Source of the DNA: Candidatus Latescibacterota bacterium
GTDB lineage: Bacteria; Latescibacterota; UBA2968; GCA-2709665
NCBI GenBank assembly: GCA_965203805.1
Contig: OZ241917.1
Location: forward strand, 1,824,001 to 1,888,000
Length of the DNA: 64,000 bases
Direction of reading: 5' to 3'
Part shown: positions 1 to 9,350 of the stretch, piece by piece
Numbering within the stretch: position 1 is the stretch's first letter
How the letters are laid out: each line of letters begins with the position of its first letter
Translations under genes and position numbers: made by a program
Notes under the pieces: model-generated
What the model saw: the letters and a program-made list of their open reading frames with translations, nothing else
Told to the model about the DNA's origin: nothing
The model's database searches: none

Positions 1-268
1 TCCCGATGGGAAAACGCTGGCAAGCGGCAGTTACGACGGTACGATATTGCTGTGGGATGTCTCGTCACGCGCCGCACTGCAACCCCTTGTCGCAGACTTC
101 GACGGCGACGGGGCCGTGGGTTTTTCCGACTACCTGCAATTCGTCGCGAAGTACGGGCTGAGCTGGGGAGACGCGGGATATGACGCGCGCTTCGATCTCA
201 ACGGCGACGGTACCGTCTCGTACGGCGACTGGACGATCTTCAGACGCAGCTTCGGCCGGGGTGGATGA
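1..268 (+). CDS. 3' end of a WD40-repeat protein with C-terminal dockerin/EF-hand-like tail (starts before the window)
   Basis: Frame reads PDGKTLASGSYDGTILLWD...ADFDGDGAVGFSDYLQF...FDLNGDGTV...FGRGG*; close paralog of the 3' end of 806..2377. Confidence 0.9.
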   Translation, partial: PDGKTLASGSYDGTILLWDVSSRAALQPLVADFDGDGAVGFSDYLQFVAKYGLSWGDAGYDARFDLNGDGTVSYGDWTIFRRSFGRGG

Positions 269-420
269 GGCGCGGGCGCTGTGTTAGACACAGGTCGCGA
301 CAGATCTGCATTATTGAAAGGAATCCAACCCCTTCTGGCGGGATTCCGGCACGGGTGCTGAAGCCTTGACGGACATCTGTCTTAATAATCCATCGATCAC
401 CCGATCCGACCGCGTCCGGG

Positions 421-586
421 AAGGAGGTGATTTTTGAATCAACGTCATTAAACGTCCAACCGCTGCACGTCATTCCAGTTGAGGTGATCGGCTGTGCATG
501 TGGCCTACGCCGCTCATCGACCTCGCCGAATTCTGAAAGGAGGTGATATCTGAATCCACGTCCTTAGACGTCTTACCGATTCACGT
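421..586 (+). repeat. Imperfect 50-bp direct repeat (421-470 and 537-586), each copy starting with AAGGAGGTGAT
   Basis: Manual alignment gives 41/50 identical positions, 116 bp apart. Confidence 0.85.
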
Positions 587-725
587 TTTGGCGAAATTGC
601 AGGGCTCGGAGCAGGTGATGAACTGAGACTTTGCGCAATGAGAGATGTCGATCAATGTGGCCGATCATTGAACACCGGGGCGCCGCTTGTCGCCATCACT
701 CGCTCAATGTCATAACAAGAGCCAT

Positions 726-787
726 ATCAATCACGGTCTCTTCATGGGTTTAATCAGCCTTTAATCACCGTAATCACTTGAATCACC
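726..787 (+). repeat. AATCAC-rich leader element, copy 1 (paralog at 2421-2485)
   Basis: atcaatcacggtctcttcatgggtttaatca...caccgtaatcacttgaatcacc; AATCA motifs at about 9-11 bp spacing. Confidence 0.65.
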
Positions 788-805
788 TTCAGGGAGAGTA
801 TTTAG

Positions 806-2377
806 ATGAAAAAGCTAACGATTTTGGGCCTCATTTTTCTCTCGACGTCCGCCTTGTTCACACAGTTCACCCACGCGCAGGACTACAATCGCTGGCGCCT
901 GCCAGAAGGCGCCATTATGCGTCTGGGCAAAGGGTACGTGTGGGACGTGGCATGGTCGCCGGACCGCACGCGCCTGGCCGTCGGGGGTACCGCCGGCATC
1001 TGGGTCTACGATGCGAGCACCGGAGAGGAAGTTTCCCTGATCACTGGACATTCCTTCAGAGTCAATGCCGTTGCGTTTTCACCCGATGGTCTGACGCTGG
1101 CAAGCGGCAGTCGCGACGATACGGTGCGGTTGTGGGACGTGGCCACAGGACAGGAAAGAAGCATCCTCACGGGACACAGGTACGACGTCGAGGCGGTGGC
1201 ATTCTCGCCGGATGGGACGACGCTGGCAAGCGGCAGTCGCGACGGCACGGTGCGGGTGTGGGATGTGGCCACGGGGCAGGAAAAGAGCACCCTCGTAGAT
1301 GAAAAGTACCGGGGCAACTTGAATAGCCCCTGGGTCGTGTCCGTGGTGTTTTCACCCGATGGTCAGACGCTTGCAAGCGCCAATCGGGACACGACGGTGC
1401 GGGTATGGGACGTGAACACGGGGCAACAAAAACACACGCTCACGAGACATACCGGGAGGGTATGGTCGGTGGCGTTCTCGCCCGATGGCAAGACACTTGC
1501 CAGTGCAAGTCTCGACAGTACGGTGCGGTTGTGGGACGCGGTCACAGGGCAGGAGAAAGACACCCTCGAAGGACATACGGGCACCGTAAGGACTGTGGCG
1601 TTCTCGCCGGATGGGAAGACACTGGCGAGTGGTGGCGGCTATCGCGATGAAACGATGAAGCTGTGGGACGTGAACACAGGACAGGAGAAATATACCCTCA
1701 CAGCACATACCGATGATGTCTCTTCGGTGGCGTTTTCCCCCGATGGTCAGACCCTGGCAAGCGCAAGTCACGACCAAACGGTGCGATTGTGGGATCCGGC
1801 AACCGGGCAAGAAAAAATCACCCTCACAGATCACACTCAGGCGATCCAGGGGGTGGCGTTTTCGCCCGATGGGGCAACGCTGGCAAGCGCCGATATCAGG
1901 GGTACGGTGCGGTTGTGGGACACGGCCACCGGGCAGCATTTGCGCACCCTCACTGGCGATAATTTCCGTTCGTTGGCGTATTCGCCGGATGGGATGACGC
2001 TGGCAACCGGCAGTGCGCATAAGGCGGTATGGCTGTGGGACGTGGCCACAGGGCAGAATATACGCGGCCTTACGGGACATACCGATCCGATCAATTCAGT
2101 TGTGTTTTCGCCCGATGGCAGAACGCTTGCAAGCGCGAGTTACGACGGTACGATTCTGCTGTGGGATGTCTCGTCACGTGCCACGCTGCAGCCCCTTGCC
2201 GCCGACTTCGACGGCGACGGCACCGTGGGCTTTACCGACTTTCTGCAATTCGTCGCGAAGTACGGGCTGCGCTGGGGAGATGCGGGATATGACGCGCGTT
2301 TCGACCTTGACGGCGATGGAGAGGTCGGGTCCTGGGATTGGCGGATCTTCGGCCAAAGCTTCGGCAGGGGTGGATGA
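806..2377 (+). CDS. Exported WD40 beta-propeller protein with C-terminal dockerin/EF-hand-like domain
   Basis: Signal peptide MKKLTILGLIFL..AQD; RLPEGAIMRLGKG leader; about 10 GH..V..VAFSPDG.TLAS...D.TVRLWD repeats; two DxDGDG motifs at the C-terminus. Confidence 0.95.
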   Translation: MKKLTILGLIFLSTSALFTQFTHAQDYNRWRLPEGAIMRLGKGYVWDVAWSPDRTRLAVGGTAGIWVYDASTGEEVSLITGHSFRVNAVAFSPDGLTLASGSRDDTVRLWDVATGQERSILTGHRYDVEAVAFSPDGTTLASGSRDGTVRVWDVATGQEKSTLVDEKYRGNLNSPWVVSVVFSPDGQTLASANRDTTVRVWDVNTGQQKHTLTRHTGRVWSVAFSPDGKTLASASLDSTVRLWDAVTGQEKDTLEGHTGTVRTVAFSPDGKTLASGGGYRDETMKLWDVNTGQEKYTLTAHTDDVSSVAFSPDGQTLASASHDQTVRLWDPATGQEKITLTDHTQAIQGVAFSPDGATLASADIRGTVRLWDTATGQHLRTLTGDNFRSLAYSPDGMTLATGSAHKAVWLWDVATGQNIRGLTGHTDPINSVVFSPDGRTLASASYDGTILLWDVSSRATLQPLAADFDGDGTVGFTDFLQFVAKYGLRWGDAGYDARFDLDGDGEVGSWDWRIFGQSFGRGG

Positions 2378-2420
2378 GACACGGGCGCCCTCACTCGCTC
2401 CAGGTCGTCACAGGAATCAC

Positions 2421-2485
2421 ATCAATCACAGTCTCTACATCGTGGGTTAAATCATAGTCCACCATCGTATTCACCGTGAATCAGC
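2421..2485 (+). repeat. AATCAC-rich leader element, copy 2
   Basis: atcaatcacagtctctacatcgtgggttaaatca...catcgtattcaccgtgaatcagc, just upstream of the AAGGAGG RBS of 2505. Confidence 0.6.
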
Positions 2486-2504
2486 AGGTCAAAGGAGGCA
2501 GAAA

Positions 2505-3683
2505 ATGGATCGTGAAGACATCAGGGAAAGATTGGAAACGCTGGAAGCGAGGCTGCGCTGGCAGAAACGGGCAATCGCAGGTCTGGTCGTTGTTTTCCTA
2601 TTCAGCGCGTCGCCGGCATTGACGCAGGCATCGAAGTGGTTTGGTAGTATACTGCCGTCTAAGCTGGCTTCACTAAACTTTCGAGACGGAACGCCTACAG
2701 CCGACGTGCGATTCGACGAACTTTCGCCAAACGAGCCGGAAATCCCACTACCGGAGACCGGTTACGGCGGACTGAGCAAGATCGCTCCTGAGACAATCGC
2801 CGATGCCGGAGACACATTGCGGGTGGGTGAACTTCAGATCGTAAATGCAAGTGGCGCGGTTGTCGCAGCAATCGGGGCGGGTCAGTCCGGAAATGGCGCG
2901 CTGGTGATCAGGAACAGTAATGGCGACGTGGTGTCCGTTGTGGGCGTCGATTCCAGGGGGAACGGTACCGTGGGGCTCCTCAACGCGGCAGGTCGGATCA
3001 CGGCCGCCATGGGCGCGGATCGGACGGGTGACGCCAATGGCGTCGTCGACGTCAAGAGCGCAACGGGTTCCGCGGCGGCACTCGCCTTTGATGGGGTCGG
3101 CGACGCTGCCATCACGGTGTTCAACAAAGACAAAAAGGTGGTTTCCGGATTCGGCATCGACAACATTGGTAATGGAGCCCTTCGTATTGCGAACGCGGCG
3201 GGAAGATTCATTGCCGCAATTGGCGCCGATGACACGGAGGAGGCCAATGGATGGATGGATGTCAGAAATGCGTCAGGACCGGCGGCGGGCTTGTCCGTCG
3301 ACCGGGACGGAGACGGCCTTGTTATCGCGGGAAACCGGAACAACGATGAGGTTTCGATCATGGGCGCGAATGAGAATGGACACGGCATCATCGGATTCAA
3401 GCACGCGTCAGGGCGGGTTGTCGTTGGCATGGGGGCCGATTCGACCGGCGCAGGCGTGCTGAATATCGAGGGCGGCAGATTCCGGGCCTTTCTCGATGCC
3501 GACGGCAACGGAGTCGCGAAAACCCTGGGGCAGAACGGGAACCTTCGCTGGACCTCTGAAGTGTCTCCAGACCGTGACAGCGGCACATCCACGGGGCTGA
3601 TCGGGGATTTTGATGGTAATGGCAAGGTTGATTTCGCGGACTTTGTGACATTCGCCAGAAATTTCGGCAACTCCAGTGGATAG
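2505..3683 (+). CDS. Hypothetical membrane-anchored or exported Gly-rich beta-repeat protein with C-terminal dockerin/EF-hand-like motif
   Basis: AAGGAGG RBS; N-terminal coiled segment plus hydrophobic helix; about 22-25 aa repeats (G.G.L.I.N..G..V..IG.D); ends GDFDGNGKVDFADFVTFARNFG. Confidence 0.85.
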   Translation: MDREDIRERLETLEARLRWQKRAIAGLVVVFLFSASPALTQASKWFGSILPSKLASLNFRDGTPTADVRFDELSPNEPEIPLPETGYGGLSKIAPETIADAGDTLRVGELQIVNASGAVVAAIGAGQSGNGALVIRNSNGDVVSVVGVDSRGNGTVGLLNAAGRITAAMGADRTGDANGVVDVKSATGSAAALAFDGVGDAAITVFNKDKKVVSGFGIDNIGNGALRIANAAGRFIAAIGADDTEEANGWMDVRNASGPAAGLSVDRDGDGLVIAGNRNNDEVSIMGANENGHGIIGFKHASGRVVVGMGADSTGAGVLNIEGGRFRAFLDADGNGVAKTLGQNGNLRWTSEVSPDRDSGTSTGLIGDFDGNGKVDFADFVTFARNFGNSSG

Positions 3684-4114
3684 TGAAAGCGGAGTCGACT
3701 CGCTGATCGGTGCATATGCCAGCAGTCCCGAACTCGCTACCGAATCATGACAGCCAGAACCGAAGAATCCTCATGCCGTCCTTCGTCATCCGCTCTCAGC
3801 TTTCAGACGCGGAACCCTCCCGTGAGGCCGTCTATAAGTGTGCCAGGCATGGAAGGGTGCGTTGCTTCGGACGCGACGACGGACGCGGGGTCTCTCAATA
3901 ATCAGCATTGGCCGCGGCTCGCCGGAATCGGCGCCAACCGCTCGCTCCGGAACACCGGCGCCGTCCGGCTCCCGCGGCCTGACCGTGGCAAGACCACCCT
4001 CAGCGCCAAGAAGGTCGACCCTCGATCTCAACTGCAATGCAACGCAATACAGGAGGGGCAACTGAACGGTAAGATTAAACCGGAGCAAGTGTTCGGATCG
4101 GTATCCTATCGTCG

Positions 4115-4140
4115 AAGCCCTGCTTGAGCGAGCAGGGCTT
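4115..4140. terminator. Hairpin aagccctgct-N6-agcagggctt between convergent regions
   Basis: Perfect 10-bp stem followed by a T-rich stretch. Confidence 0.55.
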
Positions 4141-4171
4141 CTGTCTTTTCGGGGGATGAATTCCGGCAGGA

Positions 4172-4945
4172 TCAAACGGACTGTACGCTCCGATGGAACG
4201 CAACGAAGAAGTCGGACACCCCGCTTACGATGATATCCAGCATGGCACGCCCGTCTTCGACGGTGGCCTCCGCCGGATTGTCGGTGTAACCCACGCCCGA
4301 CTGCCATTCGCCGTGGACCTGGACAACAGCGCCCGAGAGGCCAACATCCAGGCCGGCGTCGTCGTGCACGTCGCCGCTCATTGCGTCCAGCGCCTCCCGG
4401 TTCACCAGATCGGGCCGTATTGCCATCATCATCGCCGCTTCGAATCGCCCCGCATGGCCCGGGATAACCCGGGACGGCATCACTTCGGTAAGCGCCTCAC
4501 GTGCGATGTTCCAGTAATCGCCGGTTGCCACGGCAGCCGGATTGCCCAGACGGTTCACGAAGTCCTGCCCCACGAGTCCGTTCGGGTTGGAATTTCCGCC
4601 GTGGCCGTTCAACACCACGAGCCGTTTGAATCCGCTCCGTACAAGGCCGTCGAGAACGTCGGTGACGGCCCGGACGAACGTGGTGGCCCTGAAAGACAAC
4701 ACCCCCGGAAACGGATGGTGATGGTGGGAGTTGCCGAATTGCAGCGTTGGCGCCACCACGACAGGCACGTGTTCGTTTGCGCGGACGGCGGCCTGGCGCG
4801 CAACCGTCCCGCATAGAACGGTGTCCGTACACACAGGCAGGTGAGGTCCGTGCTGCTCGATCGCCGCCGTGGGCAGCACGGCCGTGGCCGCAGGCGCAAC
4901 CTCTCGAATCTCCTCCCGGGTCATCTCTGCAAAAAGGTAAGACAC
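4172..4945 (-). CDS. Creatininase/creatinine amidohydrolase family protein
   Basis: EQHGPHLP..TD, NGHGGN and HAG..E motifs; AGGAGG upstream of GTG at 4945. Confidence 0.92.
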   Translation of the reverse strand: MSYLFAEMTREEIREVAPAATAVLPTAAIEQHGPHLPVCTDTVLCGTVARQAAVRANEHVPVVVAPTLQFGNSHHHHPFPGVLSFRATTFVRAVTDVLDGLVRSGFKRLVVLNGHGGNSNPNGLVGQDFVNRLGNPAAVATGDYWNIAREALTEVMPSRVIPGHAGRFEAAMMMAIRPDLVNREALDAMSGDVHDDAGLDVGLSGAVVQVHGEWQSGVGYTDNPAEATVEDGRAMLDIIVSGVSDFFVAFHRSVQSV

Positions 4946-4996
4946 ACACAATCCTCCTGTCGCGGTAGAAATGTGACGAATTCGGGAGATGCGAAA

Positions 4997-6469
4997 CTAA
5001 ATCTCCTCGAACGGATACAACGGCCGGCGGCGATGGCGGAACTCGAACTTGCGCATATCCGCCGCCGTTGCGCCGGGTGTGTCCACGCGAATCAGGCGCG
5101 TGCATACGGGCGCGTACGCCGCCACGGGCGAATGCACCCCCTTGGCGACGATGACGTCGAACGCTTCCGGTCGCAGATCGCAACTGGTCATCACGCCCAG
5201 GCTTACCGGTACGACGCGACGGGACGTCAGACTGATCGTCAGGCCCGTGTCGGTGTCCACCACCGCCGTCTGTCCCATGTCGAACGCCGTCCGCCCGCCA
5301 TGGCGGATCTCGGACTCCCGAAACCGGCCGCTGTAGACGCCCCGTACCGTGACCGGCGCCTCCAGAGGCGGGCCGTGCATTTCATCCGTCTTGCCGCCCA
5401 TCCTGAGCGTCACCCGGCTGCCCACCCCCGCCTCAGCGGCCTTCGATACGGATTCCCTGTCGTACAGACATACGAATCCCCGAGAATCCCCGCGCCTGTG
5501 CAATTCGTGCGCCAGCAGGGTCCCGTCCGCGGCCGACCCGCCACCCGTATTGTCACCCATATCCAGCAGGCAGACCGGGCCGTCCGTCCCCAGCGCCATA
5601 TCCACCGCCTCCGGGATGCCGATAAACTCACCTCTAAAGTCGCTCCGGAAGGTGTGGAGATGGTCTGCGATTTCTCCGGCAACGGCTTGCGCCAGTTCCG
5701 GATCACCATCCGTCACGGAGATCATCGCGGCGCCCATTTCCGGCACGTCGGCGTAGGGGAATCCAAGTACGATGCTATTCGACAGCACACCCGGCCGGTT
5801 CAGGAGGTCATCCGCCAGTTCGTACATCGGCCTGCAGGGAGCGGCGCCCGTCAATTGCCGTTCGATATTGATGGCAATCGGCGGAAACGCAGCGGCCTGG
5901 GTGGGTTTGATCTCGCCTCGAAGCGTCCGCGCCATCAGGCGCGACGCCTGCACACCCACCTTCTTCTGGTCGAGATGGGGATTGCTGCGATAGGCGATCG
6001 TCGCGTCGCAGGCCGCGATCATTCTCTCGGACAGATTCGCGTGCGGATCGATCGTGCAGATGATGGGCGTCTCGTCTCCAACCGTGCGCCGCAAACGGGA
6101 CAGCCAGTGTCCGTCCAGGTCCCAGTAGTCCTCTCCCTCACCCACGTTCGCCCCGTGGGGCGCCACCAGCCAGCCATCCGGTTTCCCCGCGCGTTCGACC
6201 TGCTCGAACATTATCTGCATCAGCGCGTCGCAGGTGTCTTTCGTAATCCGGCCGGAAGGCTCGGTGCCGGCGTAAAACAGCGGTACCGGTTCGATACCCG
6301 ACTCCGCCAGCCCGGCGAAGAATCCACTGATTTCGTTCAAGCCATCCTTGTACGCGACTGCCACCTCTTCACCCGTGAGAATGCTGCCAGACCGGAAATT
6401 CTCCAGTGTGGTGGGCGTTCCAATGAATGTATTCGACTCGTGCATCAATGACAGGATGCCAACGCGCAT
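4997..6469 (-). CDS. MlrC/M81 family metallopeptidase
   Basis: MRVGI...HESNTF, HGA, DPHAN, PHLD, DMGDNTGGG and C-terminal RRPLYPFE; start moved to ATG 6469. Confidence 0.92.
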   Translation of the reverse strand: MRVGILSLMHESNTFIGTPTTLENFRSGSILTGEEVAVAYKDGLNEISGFFAGLAESGIEPVPLFYAGTEPSGRITKDTCDALMQIMFEQVERAGKPDGWLVAPHGANVGEGEDYWDLDGHWLSRLRRTVGDETPIICTIDPHANLSERMIAACDATIAYRSNPHLDQKKVGVQASRLMARTLRGEIKPTQAAAFPPIAINIERQLTGAAPCRPMYELADDLLNRPGVLSNSIVLGFPYADVPEMGAAMISVTDGDPELAQAVAGEIADHLHTFRSDFRGEFIGIPEAVDMALGTDGPVCLLDMGDNTGGGSAADGTLLAHELHRRGDSRGFVCLYDRESVSKAAEAGVGSRVTLRMGGKTDEMHGPPLEAPVTVRGVYSGRFRESEIRHGGRTAFDMGQTAVVDTDTGLTISLTSRRVVPVSLGVMTSCDLRPEAFDVIVAKGVHSPVAAYAPVCTRLIRVDTPGATAADMRKFEFRHRRRPLYPFEEI

Positions 6470-6796
6470 CTTCAGTTTTCCCCTTGGAGTACCTGCGACG
6501 TCCGTTCCGGACCGGGGGGACGGCCGTTGCAGATCCTTGTTAAGATTCCGGAACGGATCTTCGACAGGTCTGTCTGTTCCGCGTTTCCGCTCTCTGGAAA
6601 TCCAAATCGCAATATAGACGTTGCGGCATTTGAAATCAAACGGTTCCATTTGCCGGCCCCGGCGCGGGTCCCGTGCCGCATCAATGTGCCCTTACCAACT
6701 AAATAAACAATCCTTATGTCCTTCTGTCCTAAGTGGCATTATAAACAAAAATATAGTTTTTGTGTCCTGTAGACAAAAATATCTAATGGATTCACC

Positions 6797-6825
6797 TTGC
6801 CAATACAGGCCGAGTACTTTATATT
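6797..6825 (+). promoter_or_regulatory. Putative sigma70 promoter of the CBS-korAB operon
   Basis: TTGCCA-17 nt-TATATT in an AT-rich intergenic region. Confidence 0.55.
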
Positions 6826-6928
6826 AAAACCAGATTAGATAAGTCCGGCTTATTGTTGGGTGTGGCATGCATCGGCGATGCCGGCGCCGCAGCGCCCGTT
6901 TGGCGCGCATTGAATCCGGAGGAACCAG

Positions 6929-7396
6929 ATGGACCTTAAAGAGAGTATTCAAACCGCTCCGGTTACCAAGGTCGACCTTTCGTATTACGTCGAGACGGAA
7001 CAGGGCACACGAGCCGACGATGTACTGCAGAAGATGAAAGCCAGTCATCGGAAGTGCGCACTTGTGATGGAGCACGGCCGCCTGGTCGGTATCTTCACCG
7101 AGCGCGACATCATGAAAAAGGTGGCGGGTAACCCGCAAAGCAGCGATGCGCCGATCGACGACCTGATGACACCCGATCCCGAAACAATCGACGCGGACAT
7201 GAACATCCTGGACGCGACGAGGGTGATCGCCTCCAACCGCTACAGGTACATGCCCGTGACGAACAAAGAGGGCCGGGTCCTGGGGACATTGACCTATTAT
7301 GCCATAATCAAATACATTTGCGATTATTTCCCACAGGAAATCTACAACCAGCCGCCCGTGCCGGACGTGTTTGCCAAGGCCCGTGCCGGCGCCTAG
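6929..7396 (+). CDS. CBS-domain (Bateman module) protein
   Basis: GRLVGIFTERD, LMTPDP and RYMPV motifs; GGAGG RBS. Confidence 0.92.
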   Translation: MDLKESIQTAPVTKVDLSYYVETEQGTRADDVLQKMKASHRKCALVMEHGRLVGIFTERDIMKKVAGNPQSSDAPIDDLMTPDPETIDADMNILDATRVIASNRYRYMPVTNKEGRVLGTLTYYAIIKYICDYFPQEIYNQPPVPDVFAKARAGA

Positions 7397-7446
7397 CCGA
7401 GTGATTTTTTTCCAGATCCGCGTCCCAAATGTACCGGGAGGTCCAG

Positions 7447-9321
7447 ATGGCCGATACAGCCGTCGAGGAAATTGACGAAGAAGCCGAATTGCTGGACGAA
7501 TTGAGCGAGGTAGAATCCATTGCGGTCCGATTTGCGGGCGACTCCGGCGATGGAAGCCAGTTTATTGGCGGAGAGTTCGCCAACACGTCCGCCATTGTGG
7601 GCAATGACATCAGCACGATGCCGGACTTCCCCGCGGAAATCCGCGCTCCCGCGGGCACATTGCCGGGAATCAGCGGATTTCAGGTCCGCATATCCAGCGA
7701 AGACATCTACACGCCTGGAGACGAGCCCCAGGTGCTCGTTGCCATGAACCCGGCCGCGCTGAGGGCCAACCTGCAGGACCTGCCGCCGGGTGGCGTGGTC
7801 ATCACCAATTCCAACAACTTCACACGAAACAACCTTCGCAAGGCCGGCTACGAGGCCGACCCTCTCGAAGACGGATCGCTGGAGGGTTATCGCGTTTGCA
7901 AGGTACCGTTGACAACACTGCACAAGCGGGCAGTGGCCGGTGTTGAGGGTCTGTCCAACCGGCAGGTCGATATGATGAAAAACTGCTTCGCCCTCGGACT
8001 TGCATACTGGATCTTCGACCGTCCGCTGGAACCGACCATCCGGATGCTGGAAGAGAAATTCGCCAGCCGCCCGAATGTCGTTGAAGGCAACGTAACGACA
8101 TTGAAGGCCGGATACAACTACGGTGAAACGACCGAACAGTTCCAGTTCAGGTACAAGATTCCTAAAGCCGTGGTCGCACCCGGCACGTATCGTGCCGTAA
8201 CCGGCGCCCAGGCCACCGCAATGGGCTTCGTCACCGCGGCGCACAAGGCCGGCAAGACTCTCTTTTACGGCAGCTACCCAATCACCCCCGCCAGCGTCCT
8301 GCTTGAAGCGCTGGCCGCCCTGAAGAACTTCGACGTGCGCACATTCCAGGCCGAAGACGAAATTGCAGCCATCGGCTCCGCCATCGGCGCTGCATTCGGC
8401 GGCGCCTTTGCCGCAACCGGCACCAGCGGCCCCGGCATTGCGCTGAAGAGCGAAGCCATCAACCTGGCTCTTGTGCTGGAATTGCCACTGGTTGTCGCCA
8501 ACTTTCAACGAGGCGGTCCCAGCACGGGGCTACCCACGAAGACGGAACAGTCCGACCTGCTCCAATGCATGTTCGGCCGCAATGGCGAGAGTCCGGTTCC
8601 CATTGTCGCGCCGGCCACGGCCTCGGATTGCTTCAACCTCGGAATCGAGGCCTTTCGAATCGCCGTTGAAAGCATGTCGCCGGTTTTCTTCCTGTCCGAC
8701 GGCTATCTGAACAACAGTTCAGAACCATGGAAGATACCCGATCCCGAAGACATTGAGACCATCGTTGTCGAACATCAAACTGACCCTGAGAGTTTCCAGC
8801 CGTACACGAGAAACGTGCAGACCCTTTCGCGCCCGTGGGCGCTCCCGGGCACACCCGGACTGGAACATCGAATCGGCGGGTTGGGTAAGCAGGACGGCAC
8901 GGGAAACGTCTCGTACGATCCGAAAGATCACGAACACATGGTCAGGGTCCGGGCAGAAAAGGTGGCGCGAATCGCAAATCGGATACCCAGGCAGGATGTA
9001 TTCGGGCCGACGACCGGCGATCTGCTTGTTGTCGGTTGGGGCAGCACGTTTGGCGCCGTCAGGTCCGCGGTACGCCGCGCGGTATCCAACGGCATGTCGG
9101 TTGCGCATGCCCATATCCGATATCTGAACCCGTTTCCGGCGAACCTGGAGAGTCTGCTTCTGCGCTATCGAAAAATCCTGGTTCCCGAGATCAATGGCGG
9201 GCAGCTCTCGCTCCTGCTCAACGCCAGGTATCCTTTGCGTGTCATCAGCTATCCCAAAGTCCAGGGGCAGCCGTTCAAGATTTCCGAGATTGTGGATAAA
9301 ATCGACGAGTTGCTGGACTAG
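7447..9321 (+). CDS. korA: 2-oxoacid:acceptor (ferredoxin) oxidoreductase, alpha subunit (gamma-alpha fusion type)
   Basis: RFAGDSGDG, FPAEIRAPAGT, YPITPAS, QAEDEIAA and QRGGPSTGLPTKTEQ; GGAGG upstream of ATG 7447. Confidence 0.95.
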   Translation: MADTAVEEIDEEAELLDELSEVESIAVRFAGDSGDGSQFIGGEFANTSAIVGNDISTMPDFPAEIRAPAGTLPGISGFQVRISSEDIYTPGDEPQVLVAMNPAALRANLQDLPPGGVVITNSNNFTRNNLRKAGYEADPLEDGSLEGYRVCKVPLTTLHKRAVAGVEGLSNRQVDMMKNCFALGLAYWIFDRPLEPTIRMLEEKFASRPNVVEGNVTTLKAGYNYGETTEQFQFRYKIPKAVVAPGTYRAVTGAQATAMGFVTAAHKAGKTLFYGSYPITPASVLLEALAALKNFDVRTFQAEDEIAAIGSAIGAAFGGAFAATGTSGPGIALKSEAINLALVLELPLVVANFQRGGPSTGLPTKTEQSDLLQCMFGRNGESPVPIVAPATASDCFNLGIEAFRIAVESMSPVFFLSDGYLNNSSEPWKIPDPEDIETIVVEHQTDPESFQPYTRNVQTLSRPWALPGTPGLEHRIGGLGKQDGTGNVSYDPKDHEHMVRVRAEKVARIANRIPRQDVFGPTTGDLLVVGWGSTFGAVRSAVRRAVSNGMSVAHAHIRYLNPFPANLESLLLRYRKILVPEINGGQLSLLLNARYPLRVISYPKVQGQPFKISEIVDKIDELLD

Positions 9322-9350
9322 ACCGTACCCCCGAATCTGGAGAACGATCC

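Noticed and set aside
421-586. The direct repeat as a CRISPR array or a 16S rRNA fragment
   Set aside because: There are only two diverged copies and no cas genes; similarity to the 16S 3' end is limited to 11 nt.
1-2377. Similar 3' ends of the two WD40 genes as a DGR template/variable pair
   Set aside because: Differences are spread over all four bases and are largely synonymous, not adenine-specific; there is no reverse transcriptase. Ordinary tandem paralogy explains it.
3747-4127. 126-aa ORF after the tagged gene cluster
   Set aside because: No RBS, no recognisable motif and atypical composition; it may be decayed sequence.
4841-6451. Long antisense ORFs (also 28029-29804, 60041-61906, 14791-16104, 17417-18670)
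   Set aside because: Shadow frames opposite well-supported genes in high-GC DNA.
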